DNA of 64,000 nt, taken from the NCBI GenBank assembly GCA_963920595.1, contig OY986948.1, positions 558,001 to 622,000 on the forward strand. Direction: 5' to 3'. The stretch's first letter is position 1. Every line of letters begins with the position of its first letter. A model generated the notes under the pieces. It did not search any database, had not been told where the DNA came from, and saw nothing but the letters and a program-made list of their open reading frames with translations. The translations under genes and the position numbers were made by a program. The stretch is from Eimeria praecox (taxonomy: Eukaryota). Below are positions 1 through 10,777 of this stretch, in pieces.

Positions 1-1
1 T

Positions 2-193
2 CCTCTGTCAAAGGAGAGCAAAGGGAGCTCCGGCGCTCCCCTACCAGCAAAGACCACCGCACCGCCAGCTGTAGGGGCTACTGCCCCAAAGACCGCAGGG
101 GGCACTGCAGAGGGCACGAAGAAGCCCCCAGCACCTTTTAAGCCAAAGCCGTCGGTGATGGGATTAAAGAAACCTGTTTTTAAGAAGATGTAA
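2..193 (+). CDS. 3' end of a gene running in from the left edge (K/P/A-rich C-terminus, ...KKPPAPFKPKPSVMGLKKPVFKKM*)
   Basis: Frame 2 is open from the window edge to TAA at 191-193 and has protein-like low-complexity composition; no family recognised. Confidence 0.5.
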   Translation, partial: PLSKESKGSSGAPLPAKTTAPPAVGATAPKTAGGTAEGTKKPPAPFKPKPSVMGLKKPVFKKM

Positions 194-877
194 CCAGCGG
201 TATGCTTCCACGACATATGATGGCACGGCAAGCGGGGGAAGTAGGAATGCTTGTTTGCCCGCACACGCCCCACGATCTGTTAAACCGAGGGCACCCTTGT
301 CCGCAGGAAGCAAGCTTTGCCTTGTTCTGAGCTTGAGAATGTAGCATTTCATGAGCCACTAGGAACCATTTCAAAGTGCTGGCTTCCTTTGCTAGAAGTA
401 ACAAGGCTAGAAATGAACTACATAGTTGAGCATGTAGATTATCCTATCGGAAGTACACTGCTGTGGATGCCGTAGTAGCCGCTTCTGCTTGGCTTTCGCA
501 ATCAAGTTTTCCTACCTAACGAGTGAAGAGACACAAGGCACAGCATGCTCATCCTGCCAAGCTGGAAGAGTTCAGCAGTGCGCTCACCCTGCTGAAGTCT
601 GCGACGCATACCAGGGAGCACATGAACTACCGCCAAAAGGCAACATAGTTTACCAAAAACTTCCGTTAAGTCCCGCTGCTCCTAAGTAGGCAGGACCTCC
701 TCATGCGCCAACTGTGCAGCCCGTAGGCTTCGTAGGCTTGATCTGTTCGGCCCAGCTGTTCCTGAAGAGCAACCTTCAGTCCCGCATATGCCCCCAATGG
801 GGGCCTCCACCAACTCAGTGTTGTGCCAAGTAAAGAGGTCCCCTATAGGAAAGGGCGTTCGGAAGAAAAAGTTAGGG

Positions 878-1811
878 TCACTGTGCTTCAACCCCAACAA
901 ATGGATTCTCGATGCGCTGCACGCCATCAACAGGGGAAATAAGCACAATGGCGCTTCCCCTAGCCACTATGAGCCCCAGAGATCGCGTGGTTTCCAGAAG
1001 TCGGCTTGAGTCCTCTGGATCTGTTGAGAGCAGTGCACACCCACAAACAATACGAGCAGACAGCATGCATGCCGTTGCCAAGAACACAAGACCGCATTTA
1101 GCGTTTTTTTGGAAGGAGCCAGTTTAAGCCAGATTTTAGCCAACCATCATCTGCTCCTTACCCCTATCCAAGCCTGCCCGTGTGAGGCTAAGAGCAAGCG
1201 AACGGCTAATTGGGACTACTGAGAATAGATGAGCCCGCCCCAACATGAGTGGCATGGAGCGGGATGATTAAACCCTAAACCCTAAACCCTAAACCCTAAA
1301 CCCTAAACCCTTAACCCACACCACACAACGTTAAGTTCGCGAACAGAACTGCACCTGTTGGCAGTTCTCCTATGGAGGCCGTCAACGCTTCCGCATGAGT
1401 GGTGAATTACCTCGCAGGAACTCTTCCGTGTCATCCAGCACCAAATTGCACACGGCGTCGTGTCCCTTGAGGGTCCCCTCTACTGCGCACAGACAGTACC
1501 ACCCCAAGACAGCCCACCGCAAAACTCATCAAGGTAGAGCAGTTATTACAGAGATTCGAAACCGGGCTGTTGAATGGACCTATGTTCGCATGAGGACTTA
1601 TCCGGCCGCCCGGGGCCCCTGGGGGCCCCCACGGGTGGCCTGCTCGCTTGAAGTAATTGCAGGCCTGCAAATGACTTTTCTCAGAATCTGAAATCTGCAT
1701 AGGATATATTTGAAGGCCCTCACCCTCGCGCCCTCCAGAAAACTTGACTCGGACCTTCTTGTTGAGAAACTTCGAAGGGTCGATGACGGAGCGCGGATCC
1801 TTGGACGACAT
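878..1811 (-). CDS. LSM7: U6 snRNA-associated Sm-like protein LSm7 (3 exons: 1811-1724, 1482-1411, 1020-878)
   Basis: Splicing at GT-AG sites in consistent phase gives MSSKDPRSVIDPSKFLNKKVRVKFSGGRE-VEGTLKGHDAVCNLVLDDTEEFLR-DPEDSSRLLETTRSLGLIVARGSAIVLISPVDGVQRIENPF. Sm1/Sm2 motifs and the LSm7-type NPF tail are present. Confidence 0.93.
1269..1317 (+). repeat. Interstitial telomere-like (TAAACCC)x6 plus TTAACCC, inside LSm7 intron 2
   Basis: Heptamer array read directly; the same unit as the apicomplexan telomeric TTTAGGG. Confidence 0.97.
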
Positions 1812-2522
1812 TTTGATGCCCGTTCCGGAACAAAATAAGGTGGAACCAAGAAAAGTAAATACGGATAATAGTCCAAATAATTTCACTCCGGGCTTCCTGT
1901 GGCCGGTGGGAAACAAGGCAAAAGAGCCATTAGCATTCGGGGCTTGCTCGAGGAGGGCTGGTGCCTGCAGATGCTGTCGCTGCTCCTGTCCTGCTGCTGC
2001 TTACTGCTGCCAACACACGGCTGCATTTTGCAATAAAATTACTCAATATAATCTAGGTACTTACCACTGTTACGCGTCGATTTGGGGGGTCATTCTGTTG
2101 GTGGAGCTGTTGCCTACGCTTGCGAAGGGCATGTGCGCAACCATGCCGTGGCCATGATGGCATAAATCAAGGAAGAAACTCGCATCTTTTAAGGAATCTA
2201 CGTCTTCCAACTCGCCTCCCAGCTAGAGTTGCTCAACACGCGCGGGGGCACACTGGCATCTATCGACACTGTAAAGCCCACCCCGTCCTTCCACTCCTTG
2301 GCCGCAATGGAGATATCGCCCCCATCCACGGGCGCGTAGCGCTCCGTCTCCTATACCTAGACGCCCATAGTGGCTTAGCTGAAGATCCTGTGGGGATCCC
2401 AGCCTGCTCTCCGCAGCTGCACCGTGACCGTGACCAGTGGTGCGTAGGGAATCGACTGGCACATCACAACGACACGAGCAGCAGCAGGAGCAGCTGTATT
2501 AACAGCAGTGGAAACAGCAGTA

Positions 2523-4214
2523 ATGGCATCAACAGCAGCAACGCGGGTGCGTTGTTCCTTCGCGCTTGGCCGCTTCTGCTGCAGTGCGCATTTATTCCAC
2601 ACGGCAGCAGCAGCTGCAGCAAGAGGAGCTCCACCAAGTGCAGCAGACCCTTCTTCAGAGCTCCAGGTTTCCTCGGCAGCTGAATTACGCTTGATGCGCG
2701 CAGGAACGTTGTTGTTAAACCAGCCCCCCCCGGAATACGAAGTGTCTGTTCACCGGGGCTTAAAAGTGCAGGCGTCGTTGGTGCTTCAGCGGCTGCCACT
2801 GGTGTATAGAGAGCCGCTTTACGAGCAACGGTTTCGGCTGTTCAAGGAGGATTGGGAGAGAAGAACCAACAACACCACAGTGCTCGACGATGAAATAACA
2901 TACATGCAGCTGCCAGGACACTTCCTGGAGACCCAACAGCAACAGGAACAACGGGAGAAGCAACAACAGAAGACAGGCGATGCCGATCTCTCTGAGCTGG
3001 ACATGCTGCTGCAGCAAGAGGGACTGGTGATGGATAGGCACAAAATGAGAAAGCAGCGACGGAAGCAGCAGGAAGACGCTGTAAGCCCGGTAGTTACAGT
3101 CTATGAGCAGGTGATTTAACTGCAGCAGCAGCACCAGTGCCTTTGTATTTAGCATGTACTCTGTTGCGGCTATGCGGATTTATTGCAGGAGACGCCAGGT
3201 CGTTCCACTTCAGAAGCAGCAGCGGCAGCAGAGAGGGAAGACCGGTCTCTGTCGCAGCACCCGGAAAGAGTGCTGCTGCTGCTTGTTAAGTATGGCAACG
3301 GGTGGCAGCTTCCGGTAGAGGACAGACGTCACGGGCAGACGATGCGCCAGGTGTGTTTATAGTTCAACCCTTGTTTTTATTCTGTTGGATAGATACCGTC
3401 GCATTGGTGGATAAGACGTAACACCCGCGTATGTTGGCCCTTCATACCCAACCAGCAAAGCTGGGTAGCAGACTTTGACCTGAAACAGCAAAATGTGTAT
3501 TGAACAACTGTTGCTCTGCAGTTGTAGTCGTTAAAACCAGTCTCCTCTGCCTTATGTCTTCATGTTTTATTTTCTTGCCTCGGTAGGCTCTGTGTCATTA
3601 TTATTGCTGTGCGGATTTATCTGCCTGTTTGGGGTGCATTACCAACTGCTGCTGCTAATACTGTTTCTGCCTGTGCTTTTCTTGGTGCAGACTCTGGCAC
3701 GGCTGTGTATGAAGCAGCTGGGCTTGCGTGAGGCTCCTTTCATAGTTGGCTTTGCCCCTGCGGCGATGCGCAAGATACGCACAAACCCTAAGGCGGTTGT
3801 TCAGGGCCGAGAAGTATGTCTCCTTGCTTTTCTGTGGCCCTTCTGCATACACACTCTCTCCCGTTTCGTGCTTGTTTCATTGGCTGTCTCTAGTTCGCTC
3901 CAGTCGTGCCTACTTTTTCAGTGCCCCAGGAAACGGGCCTAGTGCGACACCCAGAGCCCGGCTGTCGACCTGGTCGCCTATCCTGTACGAAGGCTGGTGT
4001 CTTTATGGCATTGCTTCTCCTGTTGTGGCGCTTGCTGCTTTTCTTTCTGCAGATTTTCTACTACCGCGCCTACCACGTCCCTGAACAGCCTCAGGTATCT
4101 CCACCGCCGGATAGTCCTGTGAGGGATTGGGCATGGGTACCAGCAGAAGAGGCAAAGAGACGAATGACCGCAAGTGGCTTCCTCCCCATACGCGATGCTT
4201 TGCTTCTTGGTTAA
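2523..4214 (+). CDS. MRPL46: Mitochondrial ribosomal protein mL46-like (exons ~2523-3080/3110, 3189-3350, 3691-3813, 4053-4214)
   Basis: The N-terminus looks like a transit peptide (A/R/S-rich). KVQASLVLQRLPLV resembles the mL46 N-domain. A Nudix-like C-domain follows: SLSQHPERVLLLLVK..WQLP..GQTMRQTLARL..IFYYRA..DWAWVPAEE. GT-AG phases are consistent; the first donor is ambiguous. Confidence 0.75.
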
Positions 4215-5126
4215 ATTGTGGCTGCAGCATTAACAGCAGGATTAGGGTCTTGTGGTGGAAGCAGAACTGGCTTTGCTTATTCTCGTTACTGAAGCGGGAC
4301 TGGCTTGTCTGCACAGTATGCTGCAGCAGCAGCATCACGCTGGCCCCAAACTTGTGGCGCTTGCTGTAGTGCGGAAGTACTTTGGTTGTTTCGTGTAGTT
4401 AAAACTTGGGGCCTGGCTTCCTGGCACCGCAGGTGCCGCAGTGTGTGCCCATTTGATGGAAGACGGCAACTGCAGGCCCAGCTGAAGCCGCAGCAGGACC
4501 ACTTGCCACTGCAGTTTGCTCTTTTATCCCCCCACACACGTCCCTGTACAGTGACTTGCCCACGTGTTTGCCAGATGCTCTCATCAAATTACTACACACC
4601 AGGCAGTGCATCACCAGAACTGCCCCCCCACTAAGCAGGCTTAGAGTGTAGATGAATGCGGGGCAGCTACCATGGAGCACGGAGACCTGCGCGCTCTCAC
4701 AGTTAGGGTTACCTACTCTTCCCGTAGATCTGTTTGGCTACCAGACTTGTCTGGATAGCAACCGGAAGCATTTCAGAAATGCAGTCCCTCATGCACACCT
4801 AAGCATGCAGTGGTACTATGGGAGTGCTGTTGCCTGCCGCTTGGGAGTGCCAGTTGAAACTGGGCATGCCGGGCTGCACGAAGCTTGCAAAGGTTGTTAT
4901 ACCCAGAGCAAAATCTATCGTGGAAGTAGGTCCTCCAACATGAGAAACCTGAAACCGCCACAGTGGCTAGTCTGCACAGCATTTATGAGGGCCGCAATTG
5001 CTTCTGGCAGATCCAGCTTGGCGCAGCAACACATGAGTTTACACGCGATTAGGCTCGTTAGCAGCGGACGAAGAGATGCACGTAGGTAGAACTAGTTGTA
5101 CACCTCTGCATACAGGCTCTCACGCA

Positions 5127-5142
5127 GATGCATGCATGCATC
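5127..5142. promoter_or_regulatory. Perfect 16-bp palindrome GATGCATGCATGCATC containing overlapping TGCATGCA motifs
   Basis: Read directly. TGCATGCA is an over-represented apicomplexan non-coding motif and an ApiAP2-type site. Confidence 0.5.
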
Positions 5143-5863
5143 CGAGCATGAATGCTCGCATGTATGTTTCAGCAATTAGACAGACCGTCTCTTATCTAGG
5201 GGCAAGCACCGGCGCATTTTGTGTGTGTGTGATGCAGGCGCTACGTACCATGCGGCCACCGCCCAAGTCTCCCTCAGCTCGTATCGATCCCCGAGGCTCA
5301 TGGTAAATTTCGGTTGACCCCTGGGAGATTCAGTAAGATGCACAAGCATTATATTGTGCCTATCCCGCCACTTCGAGATAGAAAAAAAGAGCCGGATGGG
5401 AAGTGTACAAAGCAATTTGCCCTTCACTGGGCATCTTCAACAGGCAGGTCGCGATGCGCTCAGTGCCGTGGCAGGGTGGGAGCCAGTGGCCCCAAAGCCG
5501 CTAGCATACTGCATAAGCGCCGGTTACATGAAGAAGCAAATAATGGTCCTTATAAACCACTAGTTTGTACAAAGCAGCGTAGTTCAGGCTGCAGAGCGAT
5601 CGCGATGCTTCTGCAGCGGGGCTGTACAAGCCTGCCCGGCAGTCGATCGAATTCCACTGGGTGCACCACTGAAGCATTACTGTCCTTTAAATGTTGTTCA
5701 GTTGCTTTTGAATCATCTTATCACGTATCAGAAAGGTGACGGCCTGCACCTGCTGCCGGGTAGCGGGGTACCACGCCAGTTCTCGAAGGAACACTCCAGG
5801 GTATAGGATGCAGTTTCGTGGCCCCCTGGTAAGCGGCGGCTGGAAAGCACCGATTTTTACGTG

Positions 5864-6748
5864 ATGTACTTGAAGATGATGAGATCGTTTCCGCTAGGGG
5901 TTTTGGCTGCGGCCTTGGTCTGTGCAACAGGCGAGGGGGCCAGGTTTCAAGCGAGCACGTTGCCTGCTGAAAAACCTGGGGACCTAGGAACCAATGAGGG
6001 TTACCCCAGCTTCGCAGAATATGCGCCCAAGCACGCCACGGGATTACCCAGGGAAGGCATGCAGTGGTATGAAGACAACACACTTACGTATTTACAAGGA
6101 GAACCCACGACCTTTACCGTAGAACAGACCAAGGCTACACCGCATGAAGCAAGCCTAACACCTACTGGGGGACAGCCCGTAGAAGATGTGCGTGAAATTC
6201 CGCAGAATATTGACCCATCTATTGCAATGCGCCATATTGGGGGCATCAAAACACTGCTGGTCAGCTGCCTCGTTTTCTTCTTCTTCTTGCTCTTAGGATT
6301 CGGCATAGTGGATGACAGTGTCTACAGTGGGGCCAGGACCAGAAGAAACATTTCTCGTAAAATGGAAGATATGTTTGTGCCTTTTGGGATGGGTACGGCC
6401 CTACTTGTATCAGGGCTGGTGGAGTTGTTTAGCTCGCTTCTGAAAATCAGAAGGGGCAACGTACTTGGAGAACCTGAGCCCCGTATACGTGGCCTAATTC
6501 CATTTCTTGTCCTGGGTTTTATCTGCAACGTCTTTCCACAGCCGTTTATGAAGACTCCGCCAATTCGAGATTACTTCTTAGGTTTGGGGGGGGGCTTTCT
6601 GGGTCTCTTCGTCAGTACTCTCATTCAGGTCGTGGACCACAAATTAAAGAAAGCAGCAGCTTCTGATAACACCTCCACTGCTTTGGCATCAATTGGTGCT
6701 ACGCCGTCTTCAGGAGTTGAAGCAATGCCACAGCCTCAGACGGGCTGA
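5864..6748 (+). CDS. Single-exon hypothetical protein with a signal peptide and ~4 transmembrane helices
   Basis: ~294-aa intronless ORF. Signal-like SFPLGVLAAALVCATG, then four hydrophobic segments (LLVSCLVFFFFLLLGFGIV; FVPFGMGTALLVSGLVELF; GLIPFLVLGFICNVF; YFLGLGGGFLGLFVSTLIQVV). Confidence 0.75.
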   Translation: MYLKMMRSFPLGVLAAALVCATGEGARFQASTLPAEKPGDLGTNEGYPSFAEYAPKHATGLPREGMQWYEDNTLTYLQGEPTTFTVEQTKATPHEASLTPTGGQPVEDVREIPQNIDPSIAMRHIGGIKTLLVSCLVFFFFLLLGFGIVDDSVYSGARTRRNISRKMEDMFVPFGMGTALLVSGLVELFSSLLKIRRGNVLGEPEPRIRGLIPFLVLGFICNVFPQPFMKTPPIRDYFLGLGGGFLGLFVSTLIQVVDHKLKKAAASDNTSTALASIGATPSSGVEAMPQPQTG

Positions 6749-7683
6749 GCTAATGACGGAAGAGGGTGCTTGGTTGGTTTCCTACCAAGACAGAAAAAGG
6801 TGTTGCATGGCCTACCTAAAGTTGTCGCATGGATTACCACTTGCGTTTAAAATGGATGCTGGTGGTTAAATGTGTACGGTGGCCGTGCTTGCGTCGAAAG
6901 TGGACTAGGCTATGACTGCTTCTTTGCCTTGCAGCAGGAGTTGCAAGGTGTGTTGCATTGCATCTCATGAGAGTCAACACGCACTAGGTAATGGCCGCGC
7001 AGCCTCATCCCGCTGTCGCCAGAACGCCTGAAAGAGGAGGGGGTACTATCAGCTCTGGGGGTAACCCTTATATGACGCTACAGCGGCGCAAGGCAATCTT
7101 TGGTTAAGGTCGAGGGCTGTTCGTACAGAACGATTGTGGCTAGAAACACGCTTTTTTCAGCTTGAGCTATTGGAGTGTAATGGGCTTCTCAGCATCGTGT
7201 AGCTCGTTACAAGCCATTTGGTGTGACCAAATAGTGGGGGGCACTTCAAACGTCTCACACCAGCCGCCGCCCTTTTCTCGTAGAAACTGACGAGCGGTGT
7301 TGAGCGGGTTTTCTGAACGGGTACAGCTGGGAAGTATTTTTGTGGCATTGCGAATGCAGCCTGATCTGCCGCCATAAGGGATGCCCATCGTAGAACAAGT
7401 CGCTTTGCCATTCTTTTTCCTTTCACAATGGACTCGCGTAAAGATGAGCGGGCAGAAAGCCCCCTGCTTCAGTGCATTTACAGGGCGGCCCTTTTATGCT
7501 GGGCCAGCCGAAACGTCATTCATGTTTTGTACACCTGTGCTAGCTGAGGGTGACTCTGGGCGCGCGGCGTTCGACGGGTGCCAGCGTATTTTGTGAAGTT
7601 GCACGTCAGCTGCGAACTGCCATAAAGGCCGCAGATGAGGGAGGTAGCGTCCCAGTTAAGGAGAGCCCTGTCCGAGTAAAGGA

Positions 7684-7762
7684 ATTATTAGATTTTTACC
7701 AATATTTATGCTACTTAAGCTGACATTCTCACTTCTATCCTTATTCTTTATACAAGAATTTG
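7684..7762 (-). pseudogene. Nuclear insertion of an apicoplast LSU (23S-like) rRNA fragment
   Basis: The minus strand reads AGAAGTGAGAATGTCAGCTTAAGTAGCATAAATATTGGTAAAAATCTAATA. This resembles the plastid 23S segment GAAGxGAGAATGTCGGCTTGAGTAACGCAAACATTGGTGAGAATCCAAT (recalled) and keeps the TATTGG/CTAATA helix. AT-rich island. Confidence 0.72.
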
Positions 7763-7765
7763 CAA

Positions 7766-7853
7766 AATAGTGGAGTAAAAAGATTTATGTATGCAAAATT
7801 TAACTAGAACAACTAGGAAACTAAATTTAGGAGATTTAATTATAGGGGTCGTT
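7766..7853 (+). pseudogene. rpl14: Nuclear insertion of an apicoplast rpl14 fragment (frameshifted)
   Basis: Reads NSGVKRFM / (frameshift) QNLTRTTRKLNLGDLIIGVV, matching the uL14 N-terminal pattern DNSGA-K-MCI..L......(N)IGD.II.VV, in very AT-rich codons. Confidence 0.72.
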
Positions 7854-10569
7854 AGCATGCCTCTGCTTAGATGCTCGTGTGCGCAGCGGCACAAGCACGC
7901 GTCCGTAAGTACTGATACACTTACTTCTTATGTGCATTTGAGTCTTCGGCCATGTAAGCTCGTGTACAGCGGCCCCTCTACGGTGCCTGATCACTTCAGC
8001 AGGCAAACGCGCGCCAGCTTTGGCGAGCCCAGCCATGGCGCGCGTGCAATGCAACGTTACTCCAATTGGGCATCTAGGCACGTATCCAGAGGGGAAAAAC
8101 ATTGTTAGAAATAAGCCTAGCTGCGCTATACAAGAAATAAAACTATCAGACCAAGAGTCTCTGCAGACACCACGGTCTATGACAGGTTGCGACAGTGTCG
8201 CTGTGGCGAAGGCGCTGACCCGCAAGAGGTCAGTGTGGGAATCTGCTGGAAGGGTTACTCTTCTTTTGGGGGAAAAGGTCCTGGAATAATATGAATGGAA
8301 CTCACTGTTGATATTTTAAAGTTATTATAAGGATATTGGTAGAGTGGGCGTGCATATACCGCATGGGTTCCCCTGAGCGGGCATGTAGTGTCCGGCACTA
8401 CAATGTACCGGGAATTGGGATTTCGAAACGATAAGAAGAGAAATACGGCTATTTAGTGAGGTTTGTTTATCAAATTGAAGCAATTAGTTGCTGATCGACT
8501 AGCGCCAAGCCCCTGAGGCCCGGGAATGACTCGCAATCTCTACACGGGTTCCCGCGGCTCCGCCCTACAGCGCCGTGGGCGGCCGAGTCGGTCGGAATTA
8601 TTAGAGCGGCTTTTTGCACACAGATTTTCCCTTTTGAGAGAGCTTGAGAACTCTAGCAAATTTTAGTATGTACGGGAGATTTTGGGCTCGGGTGCTAGGG
8701 TGCACCTCACTGTCTCTGGAAATGGGAAAGTAGCCCTGGTGGTACAGCACTACAGGGCACGTGCAAGGCACACACAGAGGAGAGCCTTGTTCACAACACA
8801 CTCAGGCTTAAGTCAGCCTTAAGAAAATTGGGAGTACGCCTGTATTCCTTGAAGTGTATCAAGCATACCATCAAGCGAGCAGGCCCTTCATCCGTACAAC
8901 ACGTAGGGGTTCAAATGCCGCCCAACGAATGGAAAGCTGCGGCAAGAGCTATAATGCCTATCAGCTGCTCTCTTCAAGTGACAAAAGAACTTTCGTCTTA
9001 GGTGCTACTGAAGTAGTTTGGTCACTGATATGCAAGATAGCGGTTGCTAACCTAACTCCTCTTAATCCGCCAGAGTTTACTGCGCTACTGGGTGTTTGAC
9101 GGCTTGACTTCTGCTCTAATGCGTCCGTCAAAATGGCACTTTGGCCTGCCTGCATACGAGCTCGCCTCGTTGAAGGAGTTGTAACACGGTGTACTACATT
9201 CCCGGTGCGATGTGTGCTGCTCGTGTTTTTTTGCGTGCATGCTAACTATAGAGGGACAGGTAGATGTTTAACGATAGGCTAAGATACAATCCACAATGCC
9301 AATGCACGCTGCAAAGGGGTACTGGTTGTACGTGCATGTGGGCATGCATTGCGGCACTAACGGCAGCAAGGAAGGGTTCAGTCCATGACAAGCACGGTGC
9401 CCCCACCAGGTCTAACGCACTTGGGTAGCTGTTTCCCTGGGAACAGTTGGAGGAGAGGTCCCCTGCTCTTTGAGAGCTCTTCATTTAAGTCATTTAACCT
9501 ATTAGAGCTGGAGATGGTTCTCGCCTAAGATTCAGGGCTCTCGTTACGCTTGCTGGGATTGCACGGTGCGTTGCCGGCAACCCACGTCTGGGAGCCACGG
9601 CGAGCAGAGACAAACTCCATTTCCTGCTCGCAAGAGGCCGAAAGTGCATTTCCACCAAGAAGCGCACTTCTTGGCGTGAATGCAGTTTCCACCAACGGAG
9701 GCATTCATGCAGAATGCCTCTCCGGATCATCCAGATGTGACGGACGCCGCGGAGCGGGGAGAGTAGACGGGTTCCTTGAAATGGCGTATGCTTTTGTCTT
9801 TAACATGTGCCAGGAGGCCTATATCTGGTATCCCAATCCTCTATATTAAAAAGTTACTCGTGACGAAGGCGGCTGCATCTATGCAAGGGTTCTGTTTTTC
9901 CGGAACACATCGGGACCCAGTGAACCTTCCCAAATGGCCTGCCGTGAGGATTTACTCCCAGGCCTGCAAGGAAGCAGACTACTGGAGGAAATTAGAATAA
10001 CAAAGTTGTCAATAGAAAGCTGCAGCGAGAAGTGTTAGTCATTGGTGAAGTCCAGTGGTGGATAACAGTGAGGTGAACCTGATATCTAGAGCCACGGCGA
10101 GAAGACGTAGCCTGCCTATTCACTCGTTGGCACAGTCTCTGTGATCTCCCTCCGAGGAAGGCAGGCAGGGTGCGGCAATTGGTAAAACTATGAACGTAAC
10201 ATGAGCGCTTTATTCACAAATTGGTCATATTACTAAGACGTGGGAGAAGTCCTGTGTCATGGTGGCACGGGACTTCTGTGCTGATCCGTTCAAAGTCTCA
10301 GGCATGCCGTTGGCGACTCAGTGGAGGGCGCGGATGCTGCCTCCAGGCAGATATATATGCCTGGAAGCGATGAGGGAGTGCAGCTCTTAGCGTTCCCAGC
10401 AGCACTTGCATCGTCTAGGGTAAGCGGACAACGAGTAGCGGCCCGTACGCTACGCAGAGGTACTACAGGGATAACGGAGAAATGCATACAGCCCGTCGTA
10501 CTGACCCTAAGATGACCAGAGTTTTGGTGGTGTCAATTCATTTAACCCCCCGAAAACAGCTATAGTGGG

Positions 10570-10777
10570 CTACACTCACGGCAAAAGCTGCAAGCCTGGC
10601 AGGTTTGCATTGCCCCGTTCTCCTCGTTCCTTGCAGCGGGCCACCCCCCTTCCGCACAATCAATGCATTGCATCGAACCCATTCCCGGAGCAAGCCCAAG
10701 TCTAGTGAGCTTCCACTACACTCACGGCAAAAGCTGCAAGCCTGGCAGCTTTTCTTTGCCCCGTTCTCTTCGTTCCT
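10570..10777 (+). repeat. 62-bp direct repeat pair (10570-10631 and 10716-10777) with a 33-bp identical core
   Basis: CTACACTCACGGCAAAAGCTGCAAGCCTGGCAG is identical in both copies, with 4 mismatches in the following 29 bp. Period 146 bp. Confidence 0.95.

Noticed and set aside
1269..1317. True chromosome end
   Set aside because: The array is short and lies inside an intron with genes on both sides.
8998..9020. LGATEVV resembling mitochondrial cox1 LGASEV (possible NUMT)
   Set aside because: Match too short, and the flanks do not continue the similarity.
10570..10777. Repeat-spacer-repeat as a CRISPR array
   Set aside because: Only two copies, unit and spacer lengths are wrong, the context is eukaryotic, and there are no cas genes.
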